A stretch of 63,295 nt of DNA, the filler included, from Reticulomyxa filosa (taxonomy: Eukaryota; Protista; Foraminifera), in NCBI GenBank assembly GCA_000512085.1. It is 24 parts of 24 records of this genome, joined end to end, with 100 filler letters (N's around TTAATTAATTAA, not from the genome) between each part and the next. Parts side by side here need not be neighbours in the genome. Positions count along the whole stretch, not along the records: positions 1 to 1,614 come from ASPP01019290.1; positions 1,715 to 2,714 come from ASPP01033164.1; positions 2,815 to 6,432 come from ASPP01027549.1; positions 6,533 to 8,336 come from ASPP01035187.1; positions 8,437 to 10,015 come from ASPP01003585.1; positions 10,116 to 12,932 come from ASPP01009250.1; positions 13,033 to 16,326 come from ASPP01037130.1; 17 more parts are not named here. The stretch is one strand, 5' to 3'. Shown piece by piece: positions 1-15,320 of this stretch. Below the pieces are notes generated by a model. That model saw only the letters and a program-made list of their open reading frames with translations, was not told the DNA's origin and made no database searches. A program made the translations under genes and the position numbers. Position 1 is the stretch's first letter; each line of letters starts with the position of its first letter.

Positions 1-115
1 TTTTTTTGTTTTTCATATCCACATTTCCTTATAATGCTAGTTTTTTTTTGTATTGATATAAGTTTGTTCCCTTTTTACTTAAAAAAAAAAGGAAAGCACA
101 CCCATACCCCTCAAA

Positions 116-1480
116 TTGAAAGATGCAAAGGTCTCAACTGTACTTTATGGTGTTCGACCGAATATCTTTTTCTCAAGGAAAACAAATCTAGCAGATTTAG
201 AAAATGAACAGCACGTCATTTCATGCTTTCAAAATGATAATAAGTGGATACACGACCCAAACCCGCTCAATAACAGAAAATATTGCCAGCTGTTTTTTGC
301 ATTTAGTTTGAAATTTAAGTTATACTTGGCCATTGCATTGATGATATTGGATTTTGCAAACAGTAGAGAATATTCTTTACTTATATTTACTATTCTCAAT
401 CTAAGAATGACAATTATTGCTCTTTACATGGGATATTTATTCCAGTTATAACAGCGAAAAAAGTTTTTATTTTAACTATTTACAAATTTGGAGTTTTTTT
501 GAACTGAACAGAACGCTAGACCTTTTATTGGTCGATTCATTATTGTTTTTATCTTATTTGTGGTATGAATTTAAGTATATAAAATATTGTGGCATATCAA
601 TTGTGGTCGCTGCAAATATACTATATTTTATCAACTCAATCGCCGACAATGATGGTTTTTCGTGGGAAAAAATTTGTTATTCGTGTCTTTTAATTAATTG
701 TGGGAACTTGTCCATGATCAACAGCTTGTATCTTGTCAGTAAACAACAATTATGCACCGGAGCTGAGACTTTATTCAATCGGATACAATTACATATAGAA
801 AGAAAAGAACACACTTACATTATGAACAGTTTAATGCCAGCTCCGGTCACAGAGCAAGTACTGCTCAAAGGAGAGACTCCAATTTATGGAAGAGACGTGA
901 CCGTTGGTTTTGTGTATTTTACATTTTACGACAAATTAACTACACAAATTAAAGATAATTCGTCGTGCGTTGAGATTTTGCATCATATCGTAATAAATCT
1001 TGACAAAGGTTAGTGTTATGTTTAACTCGACTGAATATCTCCTTTTTTTTTTCACACCCTTTTTTGAAAATCTTGCATGTCAACTTTAACGTTTACACTT
1101 TGGCCTGGTACTGGAAACAAATAAAAGAACTTGAGCAGTGGGAGTTTGATGTGCTTAAAATTGAACATGTTGGAAATGCCTATCTTGTCTGTGGTGGTGT
1201 GATGTCTCCAGACCAGTCTTTTAATCACGCCGAAGCAGGTTAGAAACATGTGTTTCTCTCAGCATTGTAAAAAAGAAAGATATTTAGCAAAGAACAACAA
1301 TCAACAAAAAGTGATTCGTTTAGGACTAAGATTTCGGCGAATTGTGGACAAGGTCAATGCAAAATTGCATGTGCACAGCGAGTTGACCATGGGAATCCAC
1401 AGTGGACCAGTGGTCGGAACGATTATCGGCACGACCCAAATGTTTATTTTTTAGAAAGGGACGAACGGTATTGTACAGTG
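116..1480 (+). pseudogene. Membrane-associated class III adenylate/guanylate cyclase, fragmented or degenerate, multi-exon
   Basis: Hydrophobic segments, then 'MNSLMPAPVTEQV', 'VLKIEHVGNAYLVCGG' (cf. KIETIGDAYM) and 'MGIHSGPVVGTIIG' (cf. RIGIHSGPVVAGVIG). Frame changes occur between the pieces. Confidence 0.75.
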
Positions 1481-1614
1481 GTGCGTCTACTTGTTCACGT
1501 CAAAGTTGTAAAAATCTTCCAACTTACACAAAAGATAGAAAAGTTTCTTCTACACGAAAAAAAAGTAAACTTCTTTAGGAAAACGGTTCAAAAACATCCC
1601 TTTTTTTCAGCAAG

Positions 1615-1714
1615 NNNNNNNNNNNNNNNNNNNNNNNNNNNNNNNNNNNNNNNNNNNNTTAATTAATTAANNNNNNNNNNNNNNNNNNNNNNNNNNNNNN
1701 NNNNNNNNNNNNNN
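1615..1714. other. Artificial contig-joining spacer, first of 23. Others start at 2715, 6433, 8337, 10016, 12933, 16327, 18931, 20430, 24070, 28810, 29959, 31392, 32679, 34456, 42670, 44459, 47162, 48608, 50799, 51899, 56824 and 58549.
   Basis: Identical 100-bp N44-TTAATTAATTAA-N44 blocks; TTAATTAATTAA places stop codons in all six frames. Confidence 0.99.
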
Positions 1715-2343
1715 TTTGAAAAGTTTTTTTTTATAAATTTTATTGTAAATTTTTGAGTCAGTTCATTTTAAGGGTTTTTTTTTGTATGTTAACAAAAGAT
1801 CATAACAATTAACTGCTTTCCAATTATTGCATCATAATATTACTTTGGAATTGTAAGTGTTGTTGATTTCTTGTACTATACATTTAATAATTATCAATTA
1901 ACTGTTCAAAATACTTTGACAGAACTCATGCAACACGATATTAAAGAATTATTATTGCTAAATGAAATTTGTGTTATCAATTGCTGCAGTGTATTAATGT
2001 AATACAGTAAAAATGAATACAAAAAACCTCAAATCAAACAAAGGAAAAACTAAAAAGAGACTTTTAACATAATCACTTCAATGGGTGGTAGTTTTTTTTC
2101 CAACTTACTGTAGCTTTGTTTTCAGAATATCAAAGCAATCGAGCATAAAATCAATTCGGATTAGTATTTCTTCATAAAAACATTATTTTATCATTATATT
2201 GCAACATATATCAACAAAAAAAGTAATTTTGTCAAATTTTTTAATAAAAAATTTATTAATCTTTGGATTAGCAGTTATTTCAAAAAATACTTTGTAAATC
2301 TTTTTGAAAGAAAAAAATTGATTTAAAAAAAAATAAATTGAAA

Positions 2344-2714
2344 TCAAATAAGAAAAGGATTATTTTGTTGAATTGATAAATTAGTATCACGTAATTGTGA
2401 AACTTGATGAATTTCATGCCCTAATCGAAGTTCTTCATTCCATAAATTTTGACATAAATGTATAATTTGTTGTAAAGGAATATTATCATCAAATTTTTGT
2501 CCAGATAAAATACATTCATACATTTTATATAAATTTTTTGAATCTAATGATATATCAAAAGTATTATCAATTGAATTAGAATATGAATGTGAATATGAAT
2601 TTATTGAATTTGAATTTTCTTCATCATTTTCTTGTATCACATTAGGAGATGATATTATATCTTCTTTGTCATATATATATGTATTTGAATATATTTCATT
2701 TATTTCATTTTCAT
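2344..2714 (-). CDS. Fragment of a hypothetical low-complexity/coiled-coil protein
   Basis: Open frame from near the contig edge in very AT-rich sequence; no recognisable domain. Confidence 0.3.
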
Positions 2715-2934
2715 NNNNNNNNNNNNNNNNNNNNNNNNNNNNNNNNNNNNNNNNNNNNTTAATTAATTAANNNNNNNNNNNNNNNNNNNNNNNNNNNNNN
2801 NNNNNNNNNNNNNNAAAAACATAGACAAATTAAACACCAAGACATTATTTCATTTCAATCAAAAATATACAAAATAAGAAAAAAAGGACTTTCAAATGAA
2901 GTCATACAAAACAAAATACAATAACTTTTCAATC

Positions 2935-5616
<2,682 letters not shown>

Positions 5617-6532
5617 ATATCAAGTATAAGTACATATCGACTTTCAGACTGTTTGAAACAAACACTTCTTGCTAATCATCAACTCTTTAAAAAAACAGCA
5701 TACAGTACATAAAACTACAAGATAATTATACAACTTTTAGAATAAATATTTACCACTATGTAAAAATTTACATATTGCAGTAAGACTGCAGACATGTTGT
5801 TTTTTCTTCAAAAAGGGAAGCGGAAAGTTCCAACCCGTTAGACGAAGAAAAATAATAATATTGTTAATATATTGACTTTCTTAACTGACTTATTGTATTT
5901 TTGATATTTTATTAATGTGTAAAAAGATTTAGTTTAATTTATTTTTGTCATTTATTATATTATCGTAAATCAATTGTACTATTTTCACACTTTTTAAATA
6001 AAATTTATCCATAAGTTAGAGAAAAATATTTAATACAAAGAAAAGCTATTTGTTGGTTTATCATGTTGCAAATCAAGTTTTCAGTTTTCACCATAGAAAT
6101 GAAATAAGTTTGACAAGGAGATATTACGAATGACAACTTATAAAAAATGCTTTCACTATCACTTTTTTCTACAGCGAAGGGAAATTATTTACCACTTAAA
6201 CAACCAATCAATAAAGGACGAATAATTTTGACTGAGATATATTGCAACTGAATCAAGTTTGAATTCGTGACAATTGTGACTCTTTGATATCGTATTTCGT
6301 AGTAAATTCTTTTTTTCCGCTTCTGTCATAACAAAATGTTTTGGCTTGTTATGTTTATCATCAACCCGCTTTGTTTGAACATTTCAATTCGTTTAATCTA
6401 TCTAACACTTTGCTTGCAATCCTCCTCTTCAANNNNNNNNNNNNNNNNNNNNNNNNNNNNNNNNNNNNNNNNNNNNTTAATTAATTAANNNNNNNNNNNN
6501 NNNNNNNNNNNNNNNNNNNNNNNNNNNNNNNN

Positions 6533-6648
6533 TGTGGTTGAATTGAAGTTTTATTGTTTTTTTTTAATACCAAAGGGCTATCTTCTTCAATTGAAGATAC
6601 CATTTGTTCATGAGTAAGTGGATTTATTGGTTTTGCTGGATTTTCCAT
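6533..6648 (-). CDS. Start of a hypothetical ORF (MENPAKPINPLTHEQ...), running off the contig
   Basis: ATG at 6648, 12 bp after the stop of the upstream ORF; frame stays open to the contig end. Confidence 0.35.
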
Positions 6649-6660
6649 TGTTGATTCTTT

Positions 6661-7035
6661 TCATTTGGTGATTGTAGCATTTGTCTTGTTTGATTTAACG
6701 TTTTTTAATTTATGAAATTCACGATAATTTCTGCATGTACGACGGTCACAGTTACAAACATAACGATAGACACAATCATAAATAGATAATAACATGTTTA
6801 TCAGGCCTGCGTCATATGAATTGAAATAAATTTGTAAGAATGTCTGAAATTTGTGATTCTTAAATCTTATTTCGTGCCTTTTTCCAATACACTTAAGGCA
6901 GTCAACTCTATTACATGAGTTACACGCAGTTACTGTGTAAGAGTGAATACCACAAGTTGCACAGTTGTGATTATCCTTCAAAGTACGGGAACTTTTAACA
7001 AAAATGTTAGCTATATCTTGTTTTTCGCGAGACAT
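6661..7035 (-). CDS. Small intronless B-box type-1-like zinc-finger protein (124 aa)
   Basis: C-x2-C-x9-C-x2-C-x4-C-x2-C-x4-H-x6-H (CATC...CNSC...CLKC...H...H), plus a C-terminal CxCxxxxC cluster. Confidence 0.6.
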   Translation of the reverse strand: MSREKQDIANIFVKSSRTLKDNHNCATCGIHSYTVTACNSCNRVDCLKCIGKRHEIRFKNHKFQTFLQIYFNSYDAGLINMLLSIYDCVYRYVCNCDRRTCRNYREFHKLKNVKSNKTNATITK

Positions 7036-7598
7036 GTAAACAACTACGTTGTTTGGATTCTATATTGACAAGATCGTAGGTCCGCTATAGATATGATCAT
7101 GTGTTCGATATGAATACATATATAAAACAATTACTCAAGTATATTAAGAAATACATTTTCACTTAATTTCGATAATAATATGATCACAGAATTGAAAAAG
7201 TTGGAACCCCCTGAATTTTTGAATGAACTGTTATCTGTTGATCGCAGTTAATTATAATTCAGCGAGTATGCTAATATCAACAACATTTCAGTGAAAAAAA
7301 AATATTTTTACTAAATTCGGAACCATATGTGCCCTTTTTTCCACATTTCTTCAATCAAAAAATTTCTGTATTTATTTCAAATGAAATTGATAATAGAGTA
7401 TCTATTTCACAAGTTTATTTGCACTCAAAAAAAAGCCTTTATTTGTACGGGCAAAGAATTTTTGAAAGAGAAATTTTGACATGTTACATTTTATTTACTT
7501 TTACGTTTATTTTTATTGAAATTTGTCTAGAGAATGCCTTTTAAAATGTACAGAAAAAGCAATACAAATTGCAAGTAAATAACCACAAAGTAGATACA

Positions 7599-8130
7599 TT
7601 AAACCTTGCAATAAGTAATCATTTGTAAATATGCCACGTCAATGAATGCGATGATGATAGTGACGCACCACATGTTGGTCAATGTGATGACGCAATCGAA
7701 TGAGGCGACGGTTGCATGCAAGTAGTATCCCAGTTTGTTGCTGCAGAGTAGGATTTGGTACTGGCGATCAGCGCAAAGAAGGATGAAAATGAAACTAATC
7801 ATCACTTGGAAGTCGTTCATGGAATTTGCCCGATTCTATTTCATCAAAAAAAATATAATCATCTGCGGACCTCTTTGTATGTCTACTACCGCTCTATTTC
7901 CTTTTGCTTTTTCGATCTTTCTCTTGATAAGTGAAAAAAAATGCAAATATGAACAAATCTGGAAAAAAATAAAGAACGCCCATTATCAATGGTGTTGTCA
8001 TCATTGCCAATGCCCGGAAACAAAGTCCCCAAAGTAAATCATTGTGCCCTTTGGTTAAGTTCAGCACTGCTGATAATGCATCAGATGTGCAGTTTCGCTT
8101 TGTTGTGTCCGCGTGCAATCTTGGTGCGTG
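7599..8130 (-). other. Possible degenerate membrane-protein coding fragment
   Basis: Higher-GC block with hydrophobic ORF pieces separated by an intron-like A-rich tract; no family recognised. Confidence 0.25.
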
Positions 8131-8436
8131 GCCACTATTCCACTGTTGTATTCACTTTCTTCTTTCTTTCGGAATGCACAAGTAACTCAATTAAAATATT
8201 TCGCAGCCGAAAACATGCTCTGATTTCAATAAAAACATGTCACATTCTTGATTAAATTGACAAACAAACAAATATATATGCAAAATGGCGCGAAATGGAA
8301 CTGTTCTAGGACACTTTGGGACTCAGTATTGGTTCCNNNNNNNNNNNNNNNNNNNNNNNNNNNNNNNNNNNNNNNNNNNNTTAATTAATTAANNNNNNNN
8401 NNNNNNNNNNNNNNNNNNNNNNNNNNNNNNNNNNNN

Positions 8437-8470
<34 letters not shown>

Positions 8471-8763
8471 ATCTCGATCTCGATCTCGATTCCCCAACCA
8501 CGACGTTCGTTATTATGAACTTCGTTGCCGTCATCATTCCCTCGATGTCCGGACGGAGGCTCCGGTGGGGGGAGAGTAGGTACAATTGCTGCTGGTGATG
8601 CGCCATCTGCGCCCGTGCGCAGGTGTGGGGGCACATAACGTCTTCCCGATCCTCCACTTAGCTTACTTTCCTTTGCCACTGACAGATTTCGCTGTTGCTC
8701 CTCACTTGCTCTGGTCTCATTGAACGTTACCGCTTCCGCGCTTGACACTCCTTCCGTTGTCAT
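8437..8763 (-). CDS. N-terminus of a DDX3/Ded1-like DEAD-box helicase (truncated by contig end)
   Basis: 'RYVPPHLR' is the characteristic Ded1/DDX3 N-terminal motif. The following GAGATC/GAGACC hexamer repeat reads RDRDRD in the adjacent frame. Confidence 0.6.
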
Positions 8764-9342
8764 ATTAGTCTCAACGGTTCCACCCGAGTAACCTTCTCAC
8801 TCTTGCAAACAAACTCTTATTCTAATTGAAAAGCCGATTTCAACTATTTCTGGAAATATCTCCAAAAAAAAACAAAATTGGTATAGTTATCAATTATTAG
8901 ATGTACTAACCTGTTTTCAACGCGCTGAACTAAATACAGTTTGATTGGTCACCTCCCCCCCCCCCTTTAATACCGCTTTTAAAACAGGAAATGAATCACA
9001 TCTTTGTTGGGAAATAGAACACTTCACTAAACAATGTGCTGCACCATTCAACAAATGCTTGACGTGTAATGGACATCTTTAATTAATAAGCTTTCTTTTG
9101 TCACAATATGAATTATTGTACAGTCAATTTGATTTTTTGATAATCCAAATAAATAGTAGACAAACAAGTTTCGCTATTTACTCAATTTGGCATTAACAAT
9201 TCAAAGCATGTGCTTAGGGATAGCTCAAGAACACACCATTTTTTCTGCTGGCACTCTGTTGTTTTTGTTTTGTTTTTTTTAAGAAAAGTAAATTTTTTTT
9301 TTTGGAATAGAACACTATTCAAAGAGTCTTTGAATTAAGGAA

Positions 9343-9966
9343 ATGTCAAAAGCCAATGGTACTGGAACAGCCACACGTCGTGCAAAATATGAAGTGGAAA
9401 AACCTGACCCAAAAGACGTTCCTATTATGGACTCCATGGCGTCCACAGTGAGTCGAGATTGGCCATTTCTCCTGTGTGTTGGAGTATCTGTGTTTAGCCT
9501 AACAGCTTCCGGGCTTATCGCACTTTCCAGAAAAGTTAAGAATCTGCATTTTTTTTTTTTAACAAAAAAGGGGGGGGAGAGAAGGGAGACAAGATCAGAA
9601 AAAACAAGAAATTTCCAGTTAATTGTTTTTGTTTAAATAATTTTTGGGGACATTAAAAAAAAAAAAAAAAGTTTCACGATAGTGAAAAAGGGAAAGAAAA
9701 ACAAAAAGCAGTGAACGATGAGATATCGAAAATGATGGGAATGGAAGAAGAATTGGGTGAAGAAGCAGACGTAGGAGTAAAGCGAAAGAAAACAAAGGAT
9801 GGATTGCCTCGAGTGCCAGCATCGTACGTGGGTGGCTTATTTAACAAAGTATTGGACGCACAACGTACACCACATTTGCAAAAGTGTATGGACCTTTTCT
9901 ACGAGCAAATTTTGTCGTGGAAGGCATCACAACTCGATGCAGTTGGTCGTTCCATTGTTGCCAACG
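9343..9966 (+). CDS. Hypothetical single-TM protein, 5' exons; head-to-head with the DDX3-like gene
   Basis: Two exon-like blocks (9343 to about 9534 and about 9700-9966) separated by a poly-T/poly-A intron; TM segment WPFLLCVGVSVFSLTASGLIAL. Confidence 0.55.
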
Positions 9967-9971
9967 TTTTG

Positions 9972-10015
<44 letters not shown>

Positions 10016-10128
10016 NNNNNNNNNNNNNNNNNNNNNNNNNNNNNNNNNNNNNNNNNNNNTTAATTAATTAANNNNNNNNNNNNNNNNNNNNNNNNNNNNN
10101 NNNNNNNNNNNNNNNAAAAAAATTTAAA

Positions 10129-10163
<35 letters not shown>

Positions 10164-10189
10164 TCCTTTTTATTGATTTTTGTTATTGA

Positions 10190-10718
10190 TTGGGTCAGCC
10201 GTGGGAACGCAAGAAGCATCGCATCTGGCGGGGGAGTGGTGATTCAACACCGCCAATCGGATGTGTCGAACGAACACTCGTCCTCGACGTTGAAGAGTCA
10301 CAGCAACACGGTGTGGATGACGTCGCCTCGACAGCGACCGCGTCCCCCAGATCGAAAGCCTCCTCCGCCCACTCGGCGCACCGGACATTACAAAACCTTG
10401 ACCGCCATTGCGACGGGAGCCCCTCTGCCTTCGCCGCAGCCATCCCCGGACCAAGGGAATGTTACCAGTCCCACCGACTTCAAAGGGACACAAGCACAAA
10501 GAGCGGAAGAGAAAGAGGTCGTCAAGGAAGGGGACGAGAGAAAATCCAATTTGCACAAGAAGACAAATAGCGGAACACAATACTACAATGGCAAAGACCA
10601 GAAGAGAAGAGGAGACAACAACGACGACGAAGCAGAAGAAGAAGAAAGACTACATGCAGAAGAAGAAGAAGAAGAAGAAAGATTGCATGCAGAAGAAGAA
10701 GAAGAAAGATTACATGCA

Positions 10719-10750
<32 letters not shown>

Positions 10751-11380
10751 TCATCATCATCATAATAGCTTAAGCCAAACGCAAAGTGAAGTAATGTCCT
10801 CGACAGAATGGAATGGCCTACTGTGTCGCGACTCATCCGAGGAACCGACATCAAGTATTCGCCAAGGTTTAACGCGCAACAAACTCGATGAGTCCAGTCT
10901 CCACATCTTGAATGGAAATGCGCATTTCAACGCCAATGGTGGCAATCACAATAACAATAACAATAACCTGCAAAGTGTGGCCGGACGATACGTGAAACGC
11001 AGTGAGAGTAGTCGCATTGTGACGGCGTCGCAGGATGATATGTCCTCCACACATAAACACCATCATCATAATCATAATCATCATCATCATCAGACCAGTG
11101 ATAGCAACAACAACAACAACAAAAGCAATAGCGACAGTATGAAGTGGAGAAGTGACAGTCTCGCCAACGATAACCTCCCGTCGGTGCATCACAAGAAAGA
11201 TGATAGCACAGGAGGTGGCAACACGAGTGGATACAGCAGTGCGCGCGGAAGCAAAGAGACACGCGTGTGGACACTCCCAGACTTGGTCATGGACGTTACC
11301 TCGCCCGTCAGTCATGACATGCAAAAGACATTGAGCGCGTTGATTTTGTGTCATAAAGCATTTACCGACAGTGTGTTTAG

Positions 11381-11411
<31 letters not shown>

Positions 11412-12891
11412 TATATATATATCTTTTTTTTGCTTGCATTGGAGGGAACCAGATCACTGATGAAACAATTACGGGTCCAATTTCGAGAAGGTGACAAACT
11501 GAAACAGTTCCAACTGGAAGAAGGGAACGAACAGGGGAAACAATCGAAAGATTGGATGGTTCGCGTGCGAGTGTGCAACGCGGTGAGCTTTTGGATTAAG
11601 CACTACTGGGAGGAGGACTTTTTGTCGCAAAGGGAACTACAGCAGCAAGTGCACGAGTTCAAGCAAGACATTCTGCAAATTTGCGAGCCCCAAAAAGGTC
11701 ACACGTTAGTCGAAAAGCTGGACATGAGTGTGCAAGGAGCGAATCATGGGAGGTCGTCTGTTCATGACAGCCAAGCCACTTCCACTGATCTCGTGGCTAA
11801 CGATACTATTTCTGAGTATATATATATGTATATATATATATATATATATACATATGTATATACATATATACATATGCATATACATATATACATATATATA
11901 CATATATGTATATATGTATATTATTATTATTGTTGTTATTATTGTTATTATATCAATCCTCTCAAATAGCTCAAGAGTCTCAAAAAGTAAATTAAACCTA
12001 GTGTCGTCAGACTCACGTGCAAGCTCAAAGATCAATCTAACCCCCACCGAGGAAGAACAAATGGAACTCGAAGAGGCGTATCGCGAAGATCAGGTACACA
12101 TACGATGGCCGCATATAGAAAAATGCACAATGTCGATCCCGGAAGGCATGGAGTTGATGCTACTCGATCCGGACGACATTGCGCAGCAGCTGACACTGAT
12201 GGACTTCCACATACTGAAACAGATCAAAGCGCGGGAATGCATTGGCCAGTCGTGGAAGAAAAGGGGCAAAGAAAAGTGGAGACTCGCGCCCAATGTGCTG
12301 CGAATGATCGCGCAGTTCAACAGTGTGTCTAAATGGATCCAGTTGATTGTCTTAGGGGGGAAAACGCCCAAAGAGAGAGCCAATTGGATCAAAAAGATCC
12401 TCACCATGATGAAATCGTTACAAAAAAATCGCAACTTTAGCAGTTTCTGTGCGTGTCATGCCGCTCTAAACAGCGCCGATATCAAAAAACTGAAGCAGAC
12501 CTGGCACAAACTCCCTCGCACCAATCGCAAGGAATGGGAAGATATCAACGAGTTTTTTGATTGGCGAATGACAAAGCTTAAACAATTGCAAGAGCAAAGT
12601 GCTGCGCCCGCAGTTCCGCACATTGGCTTGTATTTGCAGGTGCTCTTTAACATTGATGAAGGGAAAAAAGATACCACTGCCGAAACAGGCGGCGTCAATT
12701 ACGTTAAAATGATGATGCTGCATGACCAAATTGAACGCCTCACTCAATATCAACAGGGAAAATATGAAATCACCGAGATGCTACAGATTCAAAGACTCTT
12801 ATATCAAGACTTTGCTACACAATATAAAATGTCTGAAAAACATATCAATCAATTGGCTGATATTGTTCGAAATACCGAGAGAGAAAAATAA
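10190..12891 (+). CDS. RasGEF (REM + CDC25 domains), 5'-partial, with (TA)n introns at about 11374-11445 and about 11816-11969
   Basis: '[21 protein letters not shown]' (REM); '[11 protein letters not shown]', '[12 protein letters not shown]', '[15 protein letters not shown]', '[10 protein letters not shown]', 'VNYVK' (CDC25). Confidence 0.92.
10630..10750 (+). repeat. Coding minisatellite: three (GAA)n-AGA(C/T)T(A/G)CATGCA units encoding EEEE-RLHA
   Basis: Direct inspection of the sequence. Confidence 0.9.
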
Positions 12892-12932
<41 letters not shown>

Positions 12933-13294
12933 NNNNNNNNNNNNNNNNNNNNNNNNNNNNNNNNNNNNNNNNNNNNTTAATTAATTAANNNNNNNNNNNN
13001 NNNNNNNNNNNNNNNNNNNNNNNNNNNNNNNNAATTGTAAAGCCGAATTAAATTAATGACAGAAAGAATTGGTGCTATCGTTGTCCGCTCTATAATAGCT
13101 CCCACTTTGGACTCTAGCTTTCACGCTCTTAACTGTTTATTTGATTTTTATGCAATTTTTGGGTAATAGTTTTTTGTATTTTTTGTGTTGGAAGATGACA
13201 AAGTTGCAATGCCGAAAATACGACATAGCAAAGTGTTGGAGGTTGAAGACGTTTAAAAACTCCTTAATTAAAATCCGATTAATAGTAATAGATA

Positions 13295-15320
13295 ATGAGC
13301 CGTGTTAAACTTGATCATTTAGCTATGAAGCAAGGGCTTGTGCATAGTGGATGTCACTCGAAAAAGCGAGATAAAGTGCGCACACTGTCCCTTCCCCCGC
13401 ACGTTCAGTCGGAGCTGGAATCAATACTAGACAACCTAGCAGTGCAATCAAGCCAAGTATTCGTGCAAAACCTGAGAGAGTTTGTGTTATCAACGAAAGA
13501 ACAAGAAAGCAGTAAAATGAAGGACAACGCGTCGATTCAAATCTGATCATTCTAAAAGTTGTCAGAGGTGAAATGGGAAGAAATAGACGAAGAGGTGAAG
13601 AAGAAGTGTGTAGATATATTTGTATCTTTTTATAAGATCCCGTCCTTGACACGTCCGTTTTTGAAGGCGTTGCACGGATTGATAGAGTTAGTGTTTGCAA
13701 GTGCAAAGAAGGAGTGTGTGGTATCGTTTGCGTCAATCATCGAATCAAGTCTGTCCACATTGCTTGTATTGGATAACAGCAAGTACTTGCCAATCGATGG
13801 ATAATTTGATCCATCTGTTTCAGCACTCATTTTTTATGAGTTTATGCGCAACGAGTGCCTATCGCTGCTGACCAGATATATCATTGGCTGCTTTTGGACT
13901 TTCTTTACCTCCAATCGACCGATTGTTTCATGGCCTGCTGTGCGGCGAAGACCAGACCCATCATCTGTTGGGCCAAGAAATTTCTGCGGAAAAAGCGCCG
14001 GAAATTTCCGCGACGCAATGGGAGTGTCACTTGTTCCAGCAATGCTACTACGTGCAGAACGACCTGTTGGCGTTGTCGAGTTTCCACAAAGACTCAGCCA
14101 CCAAAATGACATTAATATCAAAATGCCAAGCGAGTGGAAAGTATTGAAGCAATGGTTTGATGAGTGGATATAATATCAATGTCGCCATTGCTTTGCAAAG
14201 CTCAATGCCATTACTAAGATTATCTTGTGTCGTGTCATTGTCACGCAAACTAATATCTTGGTGCTTACCTATTGTGATAGCAAGGAAGAAAAGGAAGAAG
14301 AAGAGAATAATGATGGCGAAAAGGGGTTCATGACTACTCAAACAAAGTATCGTCGTCTTCGTTGTCATTGGTTATTGTTGGATGATGTGTTTGAATATTG
14401 CATTCAAATGGTATGCCCTCCACTATCAACGACGACAAGACGTGATAATGAAACCAAAGTAAACACTAACGATGATAATAATAACAGCTATAGCTCCACA
14501 AGTAAAGTGTCATGCATTGCAGCTGCTGCTAGGATGGATGCAGGTCAATCACAAATTCATGGACGGTCTGTTGAAAGGCAAGCATCCTGCTCCTACGACG
14601 TATAAAGAGACGAACTCTGCTCATGACATGTATCGCTGCTACTGCGAAATCTTTGTCGTCAAGCCATTGCATCAGTCCTCCATCACCGATGCCACTGTCC
14701 ACTGCGTTTCGTACTCAAGACTTTGTCAATAGTTTCTATGTTGTCGGGTTGTTGTTAGATGCAATGGTAATATATACATACATATATTCGTATAATGTAA
14801 TAATATCTATTTTTACACACATCCTTGGCAAAGATAAATGGATGGGATTACGTCCGTGGCTTGTCCGGCAAAATCATGGAGCTGATGCCTTCCCCCTTGC
14901 CAGGCTACGACAAACAAATGAACAGAATGGAGTTGGTGCAACAGTGCATGTTCTTGGTGTGTTCTCCAAGACTGGTCGAATCTGATGGCGGCGCGATGCT
15001 CTTGAACGTGTTGTTTGACAAATTTGTCCGCAATCTGTACATCTCCTTCAACCTGCAGAACATATTGCAAGGGCAATCCTTTCGTACCTTTGCCGAAGAA
15101 AAAGACTGTAAAACTAAAGATTTCGAAACAAGATCACACATATTTAAACATACATATACATATGTATGTACACATAATTTGTACGTTACAAAAAATACCT
15201 TTTCGGTAGTTAATCCAAATCGATTACTGATGACATAGCCACAAGTAGTTGAGTTGCACTAGCCAGATCATCGATCGTCGGTTCACTGTGAAGATAGATA
15301 TACAGCGCCGATCTGAACTT
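13295..15320 (+). CDS. THADA: THADA/Trm732-like ARM/HEAT protein, N-terminal and central part, with several frameshifts
   Basis: 'LLLDAM..INGWDYVRGLSGKIMELMPSPLPG' and 'CSPRLVESDGGAMLLNVLFDKF' match THADA motifs as I recall them (DSWDRLRE...FPTPLPG; SPRVRESDAGA). Confidence 0.7.

Noticed and set aside
1659-1670. Recurring TTAATTAATTAA as a biological repeat or CRISPR-like array
   Set aside because: Always centred in N44 padding; it is an assembly linker.
8437-8492. 'IEIETETE' peptide repeat
   Set aside because: More plausibly an RD repeat after a homopolymer slip in the G run.
11373-11969. YI/IY-rich hydrophobic stretches in ORFs read as TM helices (also near 23570, 38790, 41640, 43230, 61640, 62610)
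   Set aside because: These are translated (TA)n-rich introns.
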